Shown here in pieces: positions 1 to 13,449 of a stretch of 64,000 nucleotides of DNA. The translations under genes and the position numbers were made by a program. This DNA comes from Octopus sinensis (lineage: Eukaryota), in the NCBI RefSeq assembly GCF_006345805.1, contig NC_043017.1:14942001-15006000 (forward strand). The letters are read 5' to 3'. The notes below the pieces were generated by a model. The model was not told where the DNA came from and searched no databases. It saw only the letters and a list, made by a program, of their open reading frames with translations. Every line of letters starts with the position of its first letter. Within the stretch, counting starts at the first letter, position 1.

Positions 1-691
1 AAACCGAGGCTCCTTTCAATGGAAATGATTTGAAAAATTCATCCAAAATATTTCAACACAAATCTATATCACTTTCATTCAATTGAAGTTTCTCTGCAAT
101 TCCCGAGGGAGGAATGCCGCCATTTTTGTCTATTCTCTGACAAATATCTCTGCAGAATGAACCATGGAATCGAGAAAGATATCGGAAGCTAAACTTGCTC
201 TACAGTGGTTGATTTATAAACAAAGTTAAATCGACAATTAGATAAATGTGGTATAGTGTAATATGTTTTAAAATGTTTCTGTCAGATTGACCAGAAATGT
301 CTGACAAGATGATTATTAATAACATGCTGATAAGACAATAAACTACGTTGTAATATCATCGTGACGATATAATACTGTTAGGAAACAACCGTGTTCTAGT
401 AACATCCACAAAGTGAGAAAAGAGAGGTAGGGTTCGGGTTAGCAGGATACAAAACAAGGTGTGTTCATCTCTTTTTATCTGACATCAACAGAAAGTTTAA
501 AATATGGGAGAAAAGTTATGGAAGGAGTTCAGTAGATTATATCGATCTCAGAACTTGCTTGTTTAATACTGTAATATAGCCAAGCTGTATTCTTTTACCA
601 CAACTTTCTCTCACACTTTCTTCCTGTTTCTGTTGTACATGTATTTCAAACGCGCCAGCTTTGTCATATTGCGTGACGCCGAATCTCCCCG

Positions 692-801
692 AGAACTACG
701 TTAAGGAAACAAGTGTCTGCAGAGTACTCAGCCACTTGCACGTTAATTTCACGAGCAGGCTGTTCCGTTCATCGGTTCAACTGGAATCCTTGTCGCCGTA
801 A
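692..801 (+). mobile_element. 3' part of a tRNA-derived SINE (same family as 33284-33528)
   Basis: Shares CAGCCACTTGCACGTTAATTTCACG...GTCGCCGTAAC with the 3' half of the full-length copy at 33284-33528; followed by microsatellite. Confidence 0.7.
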
Positions 802-863
802 CATGTATAATGTCCATGTATGTACAATACATACGCTTATGTATGTATATACTATCTATATGA

Positions 864-950
<87 letters not shown>
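864..950. repeat. (CTAT)n tetranucleotide microsatellite
   Basis: Directly visible perfect array. Confidence 0.98.
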
Positions 951-1421
951 CCGATCTAATAAATTAATATCCAAGAGATGTGAGAGGTGAAAACATTTTC
1001 TCCTTATGTTTACAGCTGTTTCATAATCCATCATCGTTACCGATTTTAAGTTGCATACCAACTGCGTACACCTTACGTACCTATATGCGCGCGTTCACAT
1101 ACACACAAACACATGCAATTGTATACTAACATAACTTTGTAAAGACCAGAACTATTCACCCGGTTTATCAGCATCTCGGTATGACTCTTAGGTTTGTTTT
1201 AGCGCAGTGTAACCCGTTGCAAGCTTGTTGGGTTTGTATTCGCAGCTGTGCATAATTACTTTTCTTTCCATTCTCTTGGAAGCATTATCAAAGTCATTGG
1301 GGCAGCATTTCCGATAAACATATTAAAAATATATAAATTTCAAACACATACATACACATTTTGTGTGTGCGTATATATATATATATGTATATATATGTAT
1401 GTATGTGTGTATGTGTGTATG

Positions 1422-1466
<45 letters not shown>

Positions 1467-2089
1467 GGGAAAGGAATAGGTTTTTCAATCTTAATAAATA
1501 GAATCATTAAACGAAATCAAGCAGGGTTTTCATTTTCGAAATATTTTCAAAATTTTAATGCAATTTAATCTTCAATATTTGGCTGAACTTGTTTCTTTTC
1601 CCTGAAGACATCTAAAGAGATTGTTGGTAATATTGTTCCTAAAATCGAAATTCAATATCTTAAAGTAATTTGCTGATATCGTTTATTTCAACAACATTAA
1701 CAAAACCCATAATCAACAGCAACACCACCAACAGCAATAAATAAAATACAAAACGCTACAAAAACCAGCAACAAAGATGGCAACATCAATCACGAAAAAA
1801 GCCAATGATTTATTTATTTTTTTAATATAATAATTTTTTTTTACTTGTTAAACTGTCATTGAGCTGCTGCTGCTGCTTAGCTCTAACCATTACAATTATT
1901 CCGTTTTGTCTGCCGTCACCTCTTCTCACTTGAATTGCTTTTCATTGTGTTTGTGTAACTCTGTTCGATGCCAATCTGTTCCAACCTTCTTTGAGTGCTG
2001 AAATTACTTTTATTTATAATTCTGATATTTCTGTGAAATTTACACGGAATTAGTTTGGCATTTGCACCACGTTTTTTTTAGGTCATTTA

Positions 2090-2300
2090 ATGTCTGAGAG
2101 GAAGAAATGCACCGCCCATGATACGTTTCATCAACTGTGGTCGAAGAGAGGAACAAAACAAATTATTTAAAGACCGGAAACATTGCATTAACGGAAGAAC
2201 TGCAACAATGGTATAGCCGATGGATTTCCATAGCATCCGTTTACCAAATTTCACTTGCAATTTTTTGCTTAACTCAAGCTTTTTGTAGAAACCAGTTGCC
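2090..2300 (-). mobile_element. Decayed mariner-type transposase C-terminal fragment
   Basis: Minus-strand frames give VKQKIASEIW* and QCFRSLNNLF, resembling mariner TRQKLxxxGWE and YHLFRSLxNFL; stops and frameshifts present. Confidence 0.4.
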
Positions 2301-2327
2301 AAATTATACTATGTGGTGGGATTGAAC

Positions 2328-2451
2328 TAGAGTCCATATAATTGCACTGCAGACATCTCAAAAAAACAAACAGTAGATTTAGACGTCTATAAGATTAGAA
2401 TGATGCCTAGCTGTTTTTTAAGATGTCTGCAGTGCAATTATATGTACTCTA
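2328..2451. mobile_element. MITE-like foldback element
   Basis: Arms 2328-2358 and 2421-2451 are inverted repeats matching at 30/31 nt. Confidence 0.7.
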
Positions 2452-5400
2452 TACACACACACACACACACACACACATGGAGAGAGAGATGGGGCTGTTG
2501 ACACATTTGAATTCGTCTACTTTATGACGCACATGTGTTTTCGCGTATGAAAAATGCCCGGGGAAAAAGCTTTCGTGTTTATAACTCGTAGCCATTTTGT
2601 TTAAGTTTGTCGTCGCTTTAACGGAGTCACACATTTAGCATATGGCACGCCTGTTGCAATGATTTTTATCCCGACACAACTTGGTGTGCAGCTGCATTTT
2701 CTGCTACCATTGATGTCAGACCGTCTCTGTACTCAGTCGCACGATACCACACGTCTGCAACAATACCAGCATTTCCGTGCTTACATAGAACTGGAACCGA
2801 GGCAGGATTTGTCAGGATTCCTCCTCTGACTGCATACCTATGTCCCTCATTGAGGAGCTCTGTCAGGAGAGGGCCTAATCCTTGTCTATTGTTGTGTGTC
2901 TTGTTTATTGTAGAGCTCCAAGACTATGGTATAGCATCTGTAACATTTTAGCTCAAAAGTTGATCTTAATTGTCAGTCACCACACTCACACATGTCTGCG
3001 TGTATGTATTTTGTATATGTATGTTTATGCGCATGTATATATATGTTTGTGTATGTGCATGTCAAACAATCTTTTATTTCCGCATACACAGAAGGTATAA
3101 CACTACCAATATATTCTCCCTTTCCTGCTGTCAGCCAATTCCTTTCCAACCATTAATCATGCCAACCTTATTACAGGATCTCGTCTCCCCATCTTCCATT
3201 GCGCTGTCCACATTTTCTGTTTCAAGGCATCGGATCCTTCAAAATAGGTTCAGAGTCGCTTTTATCTTTACAATGAAGTTGTAGCTGTTTCATTTGTCGT
3301 GGTTCTAATATGTTTAACTCTGTCAGGTGTTCACCAGTAATAAATCTTCTAACATGGCTTTGAAATATTGCTATCATTGAAGCTTGTTCTTTTTCTTTTT
3401 TTCAGGCCAGCATCATATGCAATCCAATTCATAAATGGATTTAGGGCGAATGTAAATGTTCCATATGTATACAGTGTGTGTGTGTAGGGGGGAGGGGATG
3501 TGTCTGTATATGTGAGTGCGTGTGTGTATATGCTTATACAAGTTCATATTGCGCATATCTATAAATCTGGCGTATCAAAATGACTATTTACATACACACA
3601 CGCACACACACACACACACATAGACAGATATATATATATATATACACAATGGGTGTTGAGAAAAGCTTTCACATTTTGTGTGAACAAAATGTCAAAGACG
3701 AACGGTTTGTAATGGTAGAATCCTTGAAATTAAATGACGTTGGCTCAAATGGTTAGGCCAAGCACCAAGTATGGTAGTGCAGGATACCTAAGGTAGCTTT
3801 GTGGTGGTTATCAATGAAAGCATGGACACCAAAATACATTTGTGGTAGAACAATTAAAGGTGAACTAATAGAACTACAGTTTGCATGAAAGAAGACACCA
3901 AGCTGCTTAGGCTCCACTTAAATGGTATCCATCGGTTGAAGTCTTGTCTTCCAGTTAGAATGGAGAGGGTTAAGGCGAAAATAGAAAATATTAATCCTGA
4001 TGGAATGGGAGACGACTATTGAAAATGGAAGTATTTAATGGAGGACTTGAGAAGAAGATGAAACTAAATTCTCTCCGACATTTTGTGCCCGTCTCATTCC
4101 TGCCTCTCTGCTGTTTCCATCGATCATTGCTAGTGTAATATTAATAAATATATAATAGCAAACCTAATTGACTGGAGAAAGTTATGAAGGGAAATATTAA
4201 TGATGACTTTCAAGTAATCGATTTAAAAATCACTTAAGAAATATTGATTATTGAATCAATAAAGTAGTTTTCACTAAATATTAGTCTAACAATTATGCAG
4301 GTCAGCTGACCTCTTAGTCTCAGGCAATATGAAAGTAGAATGGGTGGACCTTTTGGAGGAAATATTCCTCTGATGTAGATAAAAACAAGAGAAAGTGTTA
4401 ATTTATTGATTTCGTATCGATTTCTGTGTTTTGACACAAGATTACAATAGAACAACAATCTATCTAAAACTTTGAGGAAAGCTGCAGGTGTTTTGAGTTG
4501 CTGTTGTTTGAAAACTTGATGCACACTGCTGGGGCGGAGCGGGCGGGAGTGTGAGGTTGAATTTTGCACCTTAGTTTTTGGGTTCAATCCAACTGCTGAG
4601 CCCTTTGGTAACTGTCACCAAGAACCCGGATCAAGCACAATCTTATTTGAGTACCGTATGACTCTGTCAGAACTCCTCTCCGTAATTTAGTGGTTTTGGG
4701 TTCGATCATTCTGATGGCATCTTGGGCAAGTGACTAGAGCCCCACATCTCCTCAAATTTATTAACTGTAAAATTGTGACGTCTGCGACAGTAAAGTAAAT
4801 ATATCACCCAGTTTAACATCTCTAGAGGAGCCCACCCTACCATACGTATCGAGGCAAGATTTTCGGCCTCGGGACGGCTTGACTTCCTTCTTACCAGTAT
4901 TCGAAACCCTAAATGACGCTCATAAGCGTTATCCTGACTTATATAAGTCACGTAAAAAAAAAGATACCCGCAGAAATGGAAACTGATATGAAATAAATGT
5001 CGGCTGCTATTAATGTTTAAATATTTAACGGAAACAAATGTTAAAATTGGGGATAAATATTTCTGGCCTGGAAGCAACTAAATTGGTCTGTTCTTCGGCT
5101 TAAGTACCAACCGAATCATGGGCAGCGGTGGGAGTACATCATGTGATACTGCATAGGACATGATAGGTCATCTCGTATCAGTAGAGAAAGAGAGAGAGAC
5201 AGAGAGAGAGTATATGTCTACACTATTACACTGTACCACATACGATAAACCCGAAATTATGGAATAAAACATTTTTATCCAAGTTAATGGCATGCTGTAG
5301 GATCGGAACCCGGTGAACGTAACTGTGGAACGAATTTCTTAATTGCAAAACCATGAATGAGAAGCACCCTGACCCCGCACACAAACAAACAGGGCTATAC

Positions 5401-7233
5401 ACACACGTATAAGTACAAAGATGTAAGGATATAATCAAACGAAAGAAAGTATCGTATTGATTGTCTTAATTTAAAAACAATAATCAATACGGTACTTTTA
5501 GCAGTCTGCAAGTTGTCTGCAAGGATCCACCTCCAATTCCATCCATTTATCTTTCCTTTAAGTCAGTTCCATCCGACTTAAATGGCTACTGTAACAGTCT
5601 CACAGATTCTGTCCCAGTTTTAATAGCTGCTTGTTCCTATTACGAATCATTTAGTCATAATTAATGCGAGAGCAGACCGAATCCTTCTCTAAATATTCTC
5701 GAATTATGAAAAAGTCCAAAGTAATAAAATATGCTGCCAGTCCAAAGTTATGATTTTACTGGTTGCAATTGGTAAGAGTTGGAATATCAAAATAACAAGA
5801 AGCCGCGCAATAAAATTGGTTGATTTTCGCCAGGGGATGGAATATTTAACTGGAGTATCATAAATACAAGTGTCTAATAATAATGATGATGATGGTGGTG
5901 GTGCTGTTAATAATGATGGTGACAATAATAATAGATAATAACGGGGTTCTTGGTAACATGGAGACTATTTGGAGGCAGTTCATATAAACAACCGTTGGAT
6001 ATTGCTTAGCACAACTGAAATGATATGTTTGTAAGATGTTCGTGTGTATCTATCTATTTGTTTGTCTGCGTGTGTGCGTGTGTGCGCGCATGTGTGGGCG
6101 TATGCAAAGAAATTAAATAAATGACAAGGGAACCAGAAATTATGCAATGAACTTCATTTGCTGGCAGCTGTTTCTGCTATCGGATGCAAGGCACTCATAG
6201 TTGTATGCTGTGTTTCACCTTATAGCTTCATCAGATTCGCAGAATCGATACTAATCATAACAAGTAGTGATACAGAAGAAATAACTGAAGTTTAAATTGC
6301 ACAGAAATTATAAGATTAATTTTTTTTTTTAAATATACTTAACCGCTTTTACGTTTGAGTTTCAAAAGTGTGTGATATTTGGAGCTGGGTCACAAACTGT
6401 ATTTTTCTGGCCGTTGTGCTAAAAGTCGTTTGTTTTTATAGAGTGAATGTGGTTCAGATGGCTATCAGCTAACGTTGAGATTGATTGGTTGGGGATGGCC
6501 AGGTGGCGAGATAAGGGAGTCAGTAACTTATGCATTTAAAATAATTTAACGATGTAAGATGCGATAATTCTCTGGAGAAATAATCTCGTACCGCCGTTCG
6601 GCCTGAAAATGACAAATTATGTCGGTAGATGAAACTTTCATCAGTGGATGGAGCGGTTATATCACCTAATTTCAACATACATTGCGCTTCCTCAGTAACA
6701 GGTATCTTCCCATCGAATGCAAATAAAAAATTCCTCAAATTGTTTAACATTTTAACATTTACTAAACAGTCATTGATGTCGAAAAACAAAAAAAAATCTG
6801 TCAGTCTGTGAATAAATTAGTTATTAGCTAAGAAGGCAGCCTTTGTAACGAATCTTCAGTGACACATCCAACCTGACTTGGAAACGCAACCTATGCGAAA
6901 ATCACGTGATACAATTGTCCCCCCCCCCGCTGGTGCTGACGAAACTTTCGTCTGCCGATATAATCTATGCTTTTTATAGCAACTAACTCCTTAATGAGAG
7001 GATTTCTTAGGACGATTACCGCAGCTTATTGCGTTCAAAACAACAGATCCAATTTAAATTGGATGCGCTAATTGATATTTATTACAAAGGCTGCTTACGA
7101 CGCTAATAGCTAATATATATATGTGCACGCACGCACACGCACCGACACACACAGACACAAACACATACGTCTTTCTCTCACTCACTCACATATTGTCATG
7201 TAGTATGTTATTCTTAGTTATGGAATATAAACA

Positions 7234-7290
7234 GTCAAAATATAACCTACGGTTTCGCGCCCCTCTATTGTGCTTGTCAGTATAAATGAC
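7234..7290 (-). ncRNA. Decayed type I hammerhead ribozyme relic
   Basis: Minus strand: GTCATTTATA-CTGACAA-GCAC..GCGC-GAAA-CC-GTA-GG-T-TATATTTTGAC; G8A change, N17 apparently deleted, extended stem I with an internal loop. Confidence 0.5.
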
Positions 7291-7299
7291 TCTTTTAAA

Positions 7300-7470
7300 G
7301 GCAGCGCACTGGCAGAACCATTAAGAGGCCAGGACAAATTCTTAACGGCATTTCGTCTGTTATTACGTTCTGCTTTCAGATTCCTCCGGAGTCGACTTTG
7401 CCTTTCATCCTTCCGAGGTTCGATAGAATAAGTCCCAGTTCCGTACTACAGTCAATACAATCGATTTACC
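7300..7470 (+). mobile_element. tRNA-derived SINE (family A)
   Basis: GGCAGCGCACTGGCAGAACC head, box-B-like TTCAGATTCC, and shared GTCGACTTTGCCTTTCATCC core found in many copies in this window. Confidence 0.8.
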
Positions 7471-8334
7471 CCGATATTGCTGGCTTTCTACCAAAATTTG
7501 AAATCAGTATTAATGACTCTTCAGGTCAGCTGGCCGGAGACGCAGAGCCTGGACGTAAATATTCGGCCCAGAAGTGTCGTTAATATTACCAAGTGCAAAA
7601 CTAGGCTCGAAACCGTCAATAACTTTCTGCCCGGTTAGATGCTATAAACCAGGTATCTACTGTTGAGCAATATAAAAAGTATAACTTTCTCTTTTTTTTG
7701 TTTCCTGACTTATGCTCAACTAATTGATAATCATATATCTATAAAAATAAGAGCGAAATTCTGCCTGTCCGTGTGGGACCCCTGTATCTCAGCCTACATT
7801 TGTTCTACGTAGACATATTACAACGTTTTAGAATTAGGATGATCCGGGATTGAAAATCTGCCCTTCATTTGTTTCTTGAACATCCAGCATTGGGATCTGA
7901 TTTAAAAGCATTTTGGTTGCTATTTCTAGCAGGTAAAACGTGGCTGATTCACGCCATATTGGTGGCGTTTGTCAGATAACGTCAGAAATCGAGGGTAAGA
8001 TAAATGACAGTCACTTCGTTAATTTTACGTTGAGACAAGAACTTTGGGACAAATTGGCCAACAGTTGGAATTCAACTTAGGACTAAAACAATAGAATGAT
8101 TCATTACTGAATTAATTCTGATCCGCCCTTAACCTCTGCGCAAAAACCATCCGACAATACAGTTACCGCAGACGTATTGTAGTCATGCTGTTTAGCTGTC
8201 TTTAGCTTTGGGAAGCAGACCCAATTATCACTCCGCAGGAACTGACTTAATAGTCCGTACGGAGTGAGCCTTTTAAGCTAACAAACAAACACACACGCAC
8301 ACACACACCACACACACACACACCACACACACAC

Positions 8335-8403
<69 letters not shown>

Positions 8404-8404
8404 C

Positions 8405-8436
<32 letters not shown>

Positions 8437-8454
8437 TAAGGTATGTAAAAGTTA

Positions 8455-8653
8455 CATGGTCTGGTTTTCAGGTTTTTATTATTTTCTATTTTGTGTTAAA
8501 CATTAAAAAGAATATTTCGTAGAATATTTCGTAATGTTCATAAAGCTCAAATTGAAATTTATGAACATCACAAAATATTTTTTTATTGTTTAACACACTA
8601 CAACATTGTATGTTTTTAAAATACACAATAAAAATCCTGAAAACCAGGCCATG
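8455..8653. mobile_element. Foldback/MITE with nested inverted repeats
   Basis: CATGGTCTGGTTTTCAGGTTTTTATT vs AATAAAAATCCTGAAAACCAGGCCATG; inner TGTGTTAAACA/TGTTTAACACA and ATGTTCATAAA/TTTATGAACAT pairs. Confidence 0.7.
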
Positions 8654-8707
8654 CTGTTTCATTATTCAACTGATATATATTCTATACACATTTACACAAA
8701 TTCAGAA

Positions 8708-8748
<41 letters not shown>

Positions 8749-10336
8749 TATATATATATATATTATATATATATATATATATTATATATATATATTGTGT
8801 GTGTGTGTGTGTGTGTAAGGATGTATATATATATATATATATATATACACTTGCGCGCATGTACACGTACGTGTGCGGAGAGAGGGGTGGAAAGAAAGTA
8901 ATAGGTATAGATAAGGGTGAGATATAGAGAAGGCAATCTGTCTTAAAGAGAAGGTCGTGACAATATTAGAAAGCAAAGTCAGTTATTTAGAAATGATTTG
9001 TTAATCTAAAGTTTTGTTTTCTAAATAAAATATCAGAAAATTATGAAAGAAGGAAGGTGCCAAATAATCTAGTTGGACTTTTGAGGAAGAACATTTCCTG
9101 AAAGCGTAAAAGAATTCAGCAAGTTTAATGCCAATAAATTTGAAATACATCGATAAAAAGAAATGAAAATAAGAGGCGAAGGAATGGTGGTCACGTCCGG
9201 CAAGTATTTCTATTAGGTTTCATATTATTGAAACCATAGAACAATTCTTGAACAATATCACAGAATTATGATGGCAGTGAAGGTAGAAGATTTTAAGTAA
9301 TGTCTTCATACTGTTATTGTCTCTGCTATTTAGAATATCCTGTTCTCAGCTTCTTAACAGAAGGATTTCCAGATTCCGGCTTTCAAGATGTCTATTGACA
9401 TAGTGCTAACTAGATTTGGTAATGTAGAGTTCACAGTGTAATGCAAAAGATAAGCTTTCTGCTGATAGATGTGAAATTAAAATCCAGTAAATTGAAATTC
9501 ATTGATATTACACCCGTGGTGAGAGGAAACATTTTTAGTTTGAGTAATATTTCGTGAAAAATAGTGGAAATGTAGACGCTGGGTGGTTAGCCTAACAGAA
9601 ATATACTAGTTTAAAGGCCTGTTTCTGTATTTAGTAATAGGTATCCAACGCTCAACTATGAATATATTACTGCCCTTGGTCAACTTCTGACTCGTCACAA
9701 CAAATCCGTGGCAGAGCAGGACTGTCTAGAAATATATTTAGAAGCCATGTGTATCTCTGTTCTACCATAGCCTCCTCCTCAGGACGATCAAAGCTTCGTG
9801 ACTGAAATGTGTAGACGGAAATTGTATGGAAGGTCGTTAGAGGAACAATTCTTGATTTGTCATGGTAGGCTTAATCCATTCGAATGGTGTAACAGCACCA
9901 TGTGATACGTGAATATTTTTAGAGGGATTCATTGTGTTGCAAGTGTACGGGTCAAGTCTGCAGATCTGTGAATAACGTCCTGCCTTCCACAACACAAGAC
10001 CGAAAAAGTGTCATTGGCGCTCCAGTTTGTTACAAAGGAACACTAGATGGTGTGGTTCTATGTAGTGTCTACAAAACGGGATGGTCATGGTTGGCACATT
10101 TGCTCATTCAATAAATGAAATACGATCTTTAGTATACAATACACCCCCTTCCTGTGCCCTCTACATCATGTGATAGGTGTACAGCATGTTTAGAAATATA
10201 CAGATGTAATGTAATTAAAAGAAAACATGTCAACAGAGATTGTCAGAGCAATTAGGAGACGCAAACTCCCTATATGGCTTCTAAAACCAATCAGCAACAT
10301 GCAAAGACAGGAGTACAATTTTCCAAAGATCCGTTG

Positions 10337-10682
10337 TATATACATATATATATGCATATATATCTATGCTTACATATGTATATGTTTATATATGTATATA
10401 TATATGCATGTATACATATATATGCGTATATATGTATATATACATATATATATATGTATATATATATGTGTGTATATATATGCATATATATGTATATATA
10501 TATGCATAAATATGTATATATGTGTATATATATGTATATATGTGTATATATATGTATGTATATGTATATATATATATGTATGTATATATATATATGTATG
10601 TATATGTATATATATATGTATGTATATGTATATATATATGTATGTATATGTATTATATACGTGTATATATATGTTGTATATG

Positions 10683-10717
<35 letters not shown>

Positions 10718-10789
10718 CTATATATATGAATATATATATATATATATGAATATATTAATATATATGAATAATATATATATATATGAATA

Positions 10790-10831
<42 letters not shown>

Positions 10832-10862
10832 ATATATATATATATGAATATATATTATATAG

Positions 10863-10904
<42 letters not shown>

Positions 10905-11318
10905 TATTATGAATATATAATATATATATGAATATATTATATATATAGGAATATATATTATATATATATGAATATATATTATTATGAATATATATAATAT
11001 ATATGATATATATATATATTAATATATATATTATATATATTGAATATATATATATATATATATGAATTATATATATATATATGAATTATATATATATATA
11101 TAGAATATATATATATATATATGAATATGAATTATATATATATATGCCATAATGATATATATATATAATATATGAAATAATAATATATATTAATCTATAT
11201 ATATATATATGATATATAATATATATATATGAATATAGATATATATATATATGAATATATATATATATATATATGAATATATATATATATATATGAATAT
11301 ATATATATATATATATGA

Positions 11319-11365
<47 letters not shown>

Positions 11366-12100
11366 GAATATATATATTATATATGAATATATATATATAT
11401 ATATAATATATGATATATATATAGATATGAATATATATATATATATATTATGATATAATATAGATATGATATATATATATCTATATAGATATATAATTAT
11501 ATATATATATATTAGATTAATATATATATATAATATTAATATATATAGCTATATGAATATATATATATATATGATATCTATATATAATATATATATATAT
11601 ATGAATATCTATATATATATGAATATATATATATTGTATATATATATATATATGTATATATATATGTTATATATGAATATATATTATGTAATATTAATCT
11701 ATATATATTATAATGTATATATATATATATGTATATGAATATATATATATATGTATATGAATGATAAATATATTTATATATATATATATGTATATAATAT
11801 ATATATTATATATGTGTATATGAATATCTATATGTGTATATGAATATATATATGTGTATATGAATATATATATATATGTATATATATGCATGTATATACA
11901 TATATGTATATATATGCATGTATACATATATGCATATATATATGTATGTATATATATGCATATATATAGATCCGTAGATATGGATGTATATGCATATGTA
12001 TATGCATATATATATACGCACAATATACGTATATACGCGTAAATATAAATATACATAAACACATATATACATCTACGTACCTACTTATATATATACACAC
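10337..12100. repeat. ~1.8-kb degenerate (TA)n/(TATG)n/(ATATGA)n low-complexity tract
   Basis: Directly visible; the YI-rich ORFs here are artefacts. Confidence 0.97.
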
Positions 12101-12596
12101 ACACACACACACCTACATTCTCCCATACTCAAGCCTACACATTACGTGCGTACGTGTGTGATTGCCGATGTTCTTGTGTTTGCTACAAACTGGATATTCA
12201 ACCGAAAATGACTGACTTCGTCGTTCACACGGAAGTTTTAAAAAGCAAATTGTTTAAAATTTAAATATTTCGAACAAAATAGAGCAAACCATTGTTTCTT
12301 GCATTGATTTGTTCAGCGAACGCGTATGTCAGAGAATTAGGAATGTAATAATGGCTTTCAAGGCACTCAAGAATATTCTTGGATTTTCTAAAGCTTCAGC
12401 TTATAGATTTAAAAGTCCTTTTGTGAATCTGTAAGATAGATAGGTAGGTAGATAGAGAGACACATGTATATAGGGATGGTAGGTAAATAATGGATAGACA
12501 GAGAAAGAAAAGCACGGATAAGTAAGTAGAAGTACAGATCTGTTGGAAGGACACATGGAAAAGCGGAAAGGAGATAAAGACGTGTGCGTGCGCATG

Positions 12597-12653
<57 letters not shown>

Positions 12654-12868
12654 ATGCGTTAGTGTGTATATCATCGAATATTTTAGTAAAACTGTTTCAA
12701 ATCCTAAAATAATCTTTTTTAATCCAATTTGAAATAACGCAAGAACGCTGGAAATCAGTTCAATAGAAGAGATAGACGCAATGTTCGCCTGGTTCACTTA
12801 GCATTGAAACAGATTTCTTGTGAACACACTTCGTAAATTGCAACATACACATACTCTCTCTTTGTGAT

Positions 12869-12936
<68 letters not shown>

Positions 12937-13406
12937 TGGAAGGACAGAGGGAGGGATGGTTGATTGATTGTTTTGTGGTTGGATAGTCAGATGAATAAAT
13001 ACACAAACATGTAGGTGGGAGAAATCACTTAATATTGAAAAACTTCCTTGAAAAACCTTTTGTGATTAAATAGATACTTCCAGAACGTATACTCAGAACA
13101 TTTCAGAGTAACGCGTGCGTAGACGAACATAGACTTGTGTGTCAGTGTATATAGGTGTGTAGGTGCTGTGCTAAGAAGTTCGCGTTGCAGCCAAATGTTC
13201 CTCATTTCGATCCCATTTAATCCTACCTTGGTATAGTGCCACTTTCTATATATTCAGCTCGATCCATATATTGTGAATGAAACTGAATAAACGGAGACTG
13301 TATAGAAGCATTTTGTGTGGATTTTTCCTGGAATGCACTTAATGGAACTGAATTTTCAATGTCAAGTCCGGGAAATCCATACTCACCCACACATACTCTC
13401 AACACA

Positions 13407-13449
<43 letters not shown>

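Noticed and set aside
1005-1040. Minus-strand GAAACAGCTGTA with upstream ACGATGA
   Set aside because: The palindromic helix III half is present, but the core has two mismatches and stems I and II do not form.
6203-6238. Minus-strand CTGATGA...GAAAC at hammerhead spacing
   Set aside because: Stem II and stem I cannot be paired convincingly.
6520-6789. 89-aa minus ORF with faint mariner N-terminal likeness, and a marginal CTGAGGA/GAAA hammerhead at 6657-6699
   Set aside because: Motif spacing does not match mariner; the HHR has only short, wobble-rich stems that could arise by chance.
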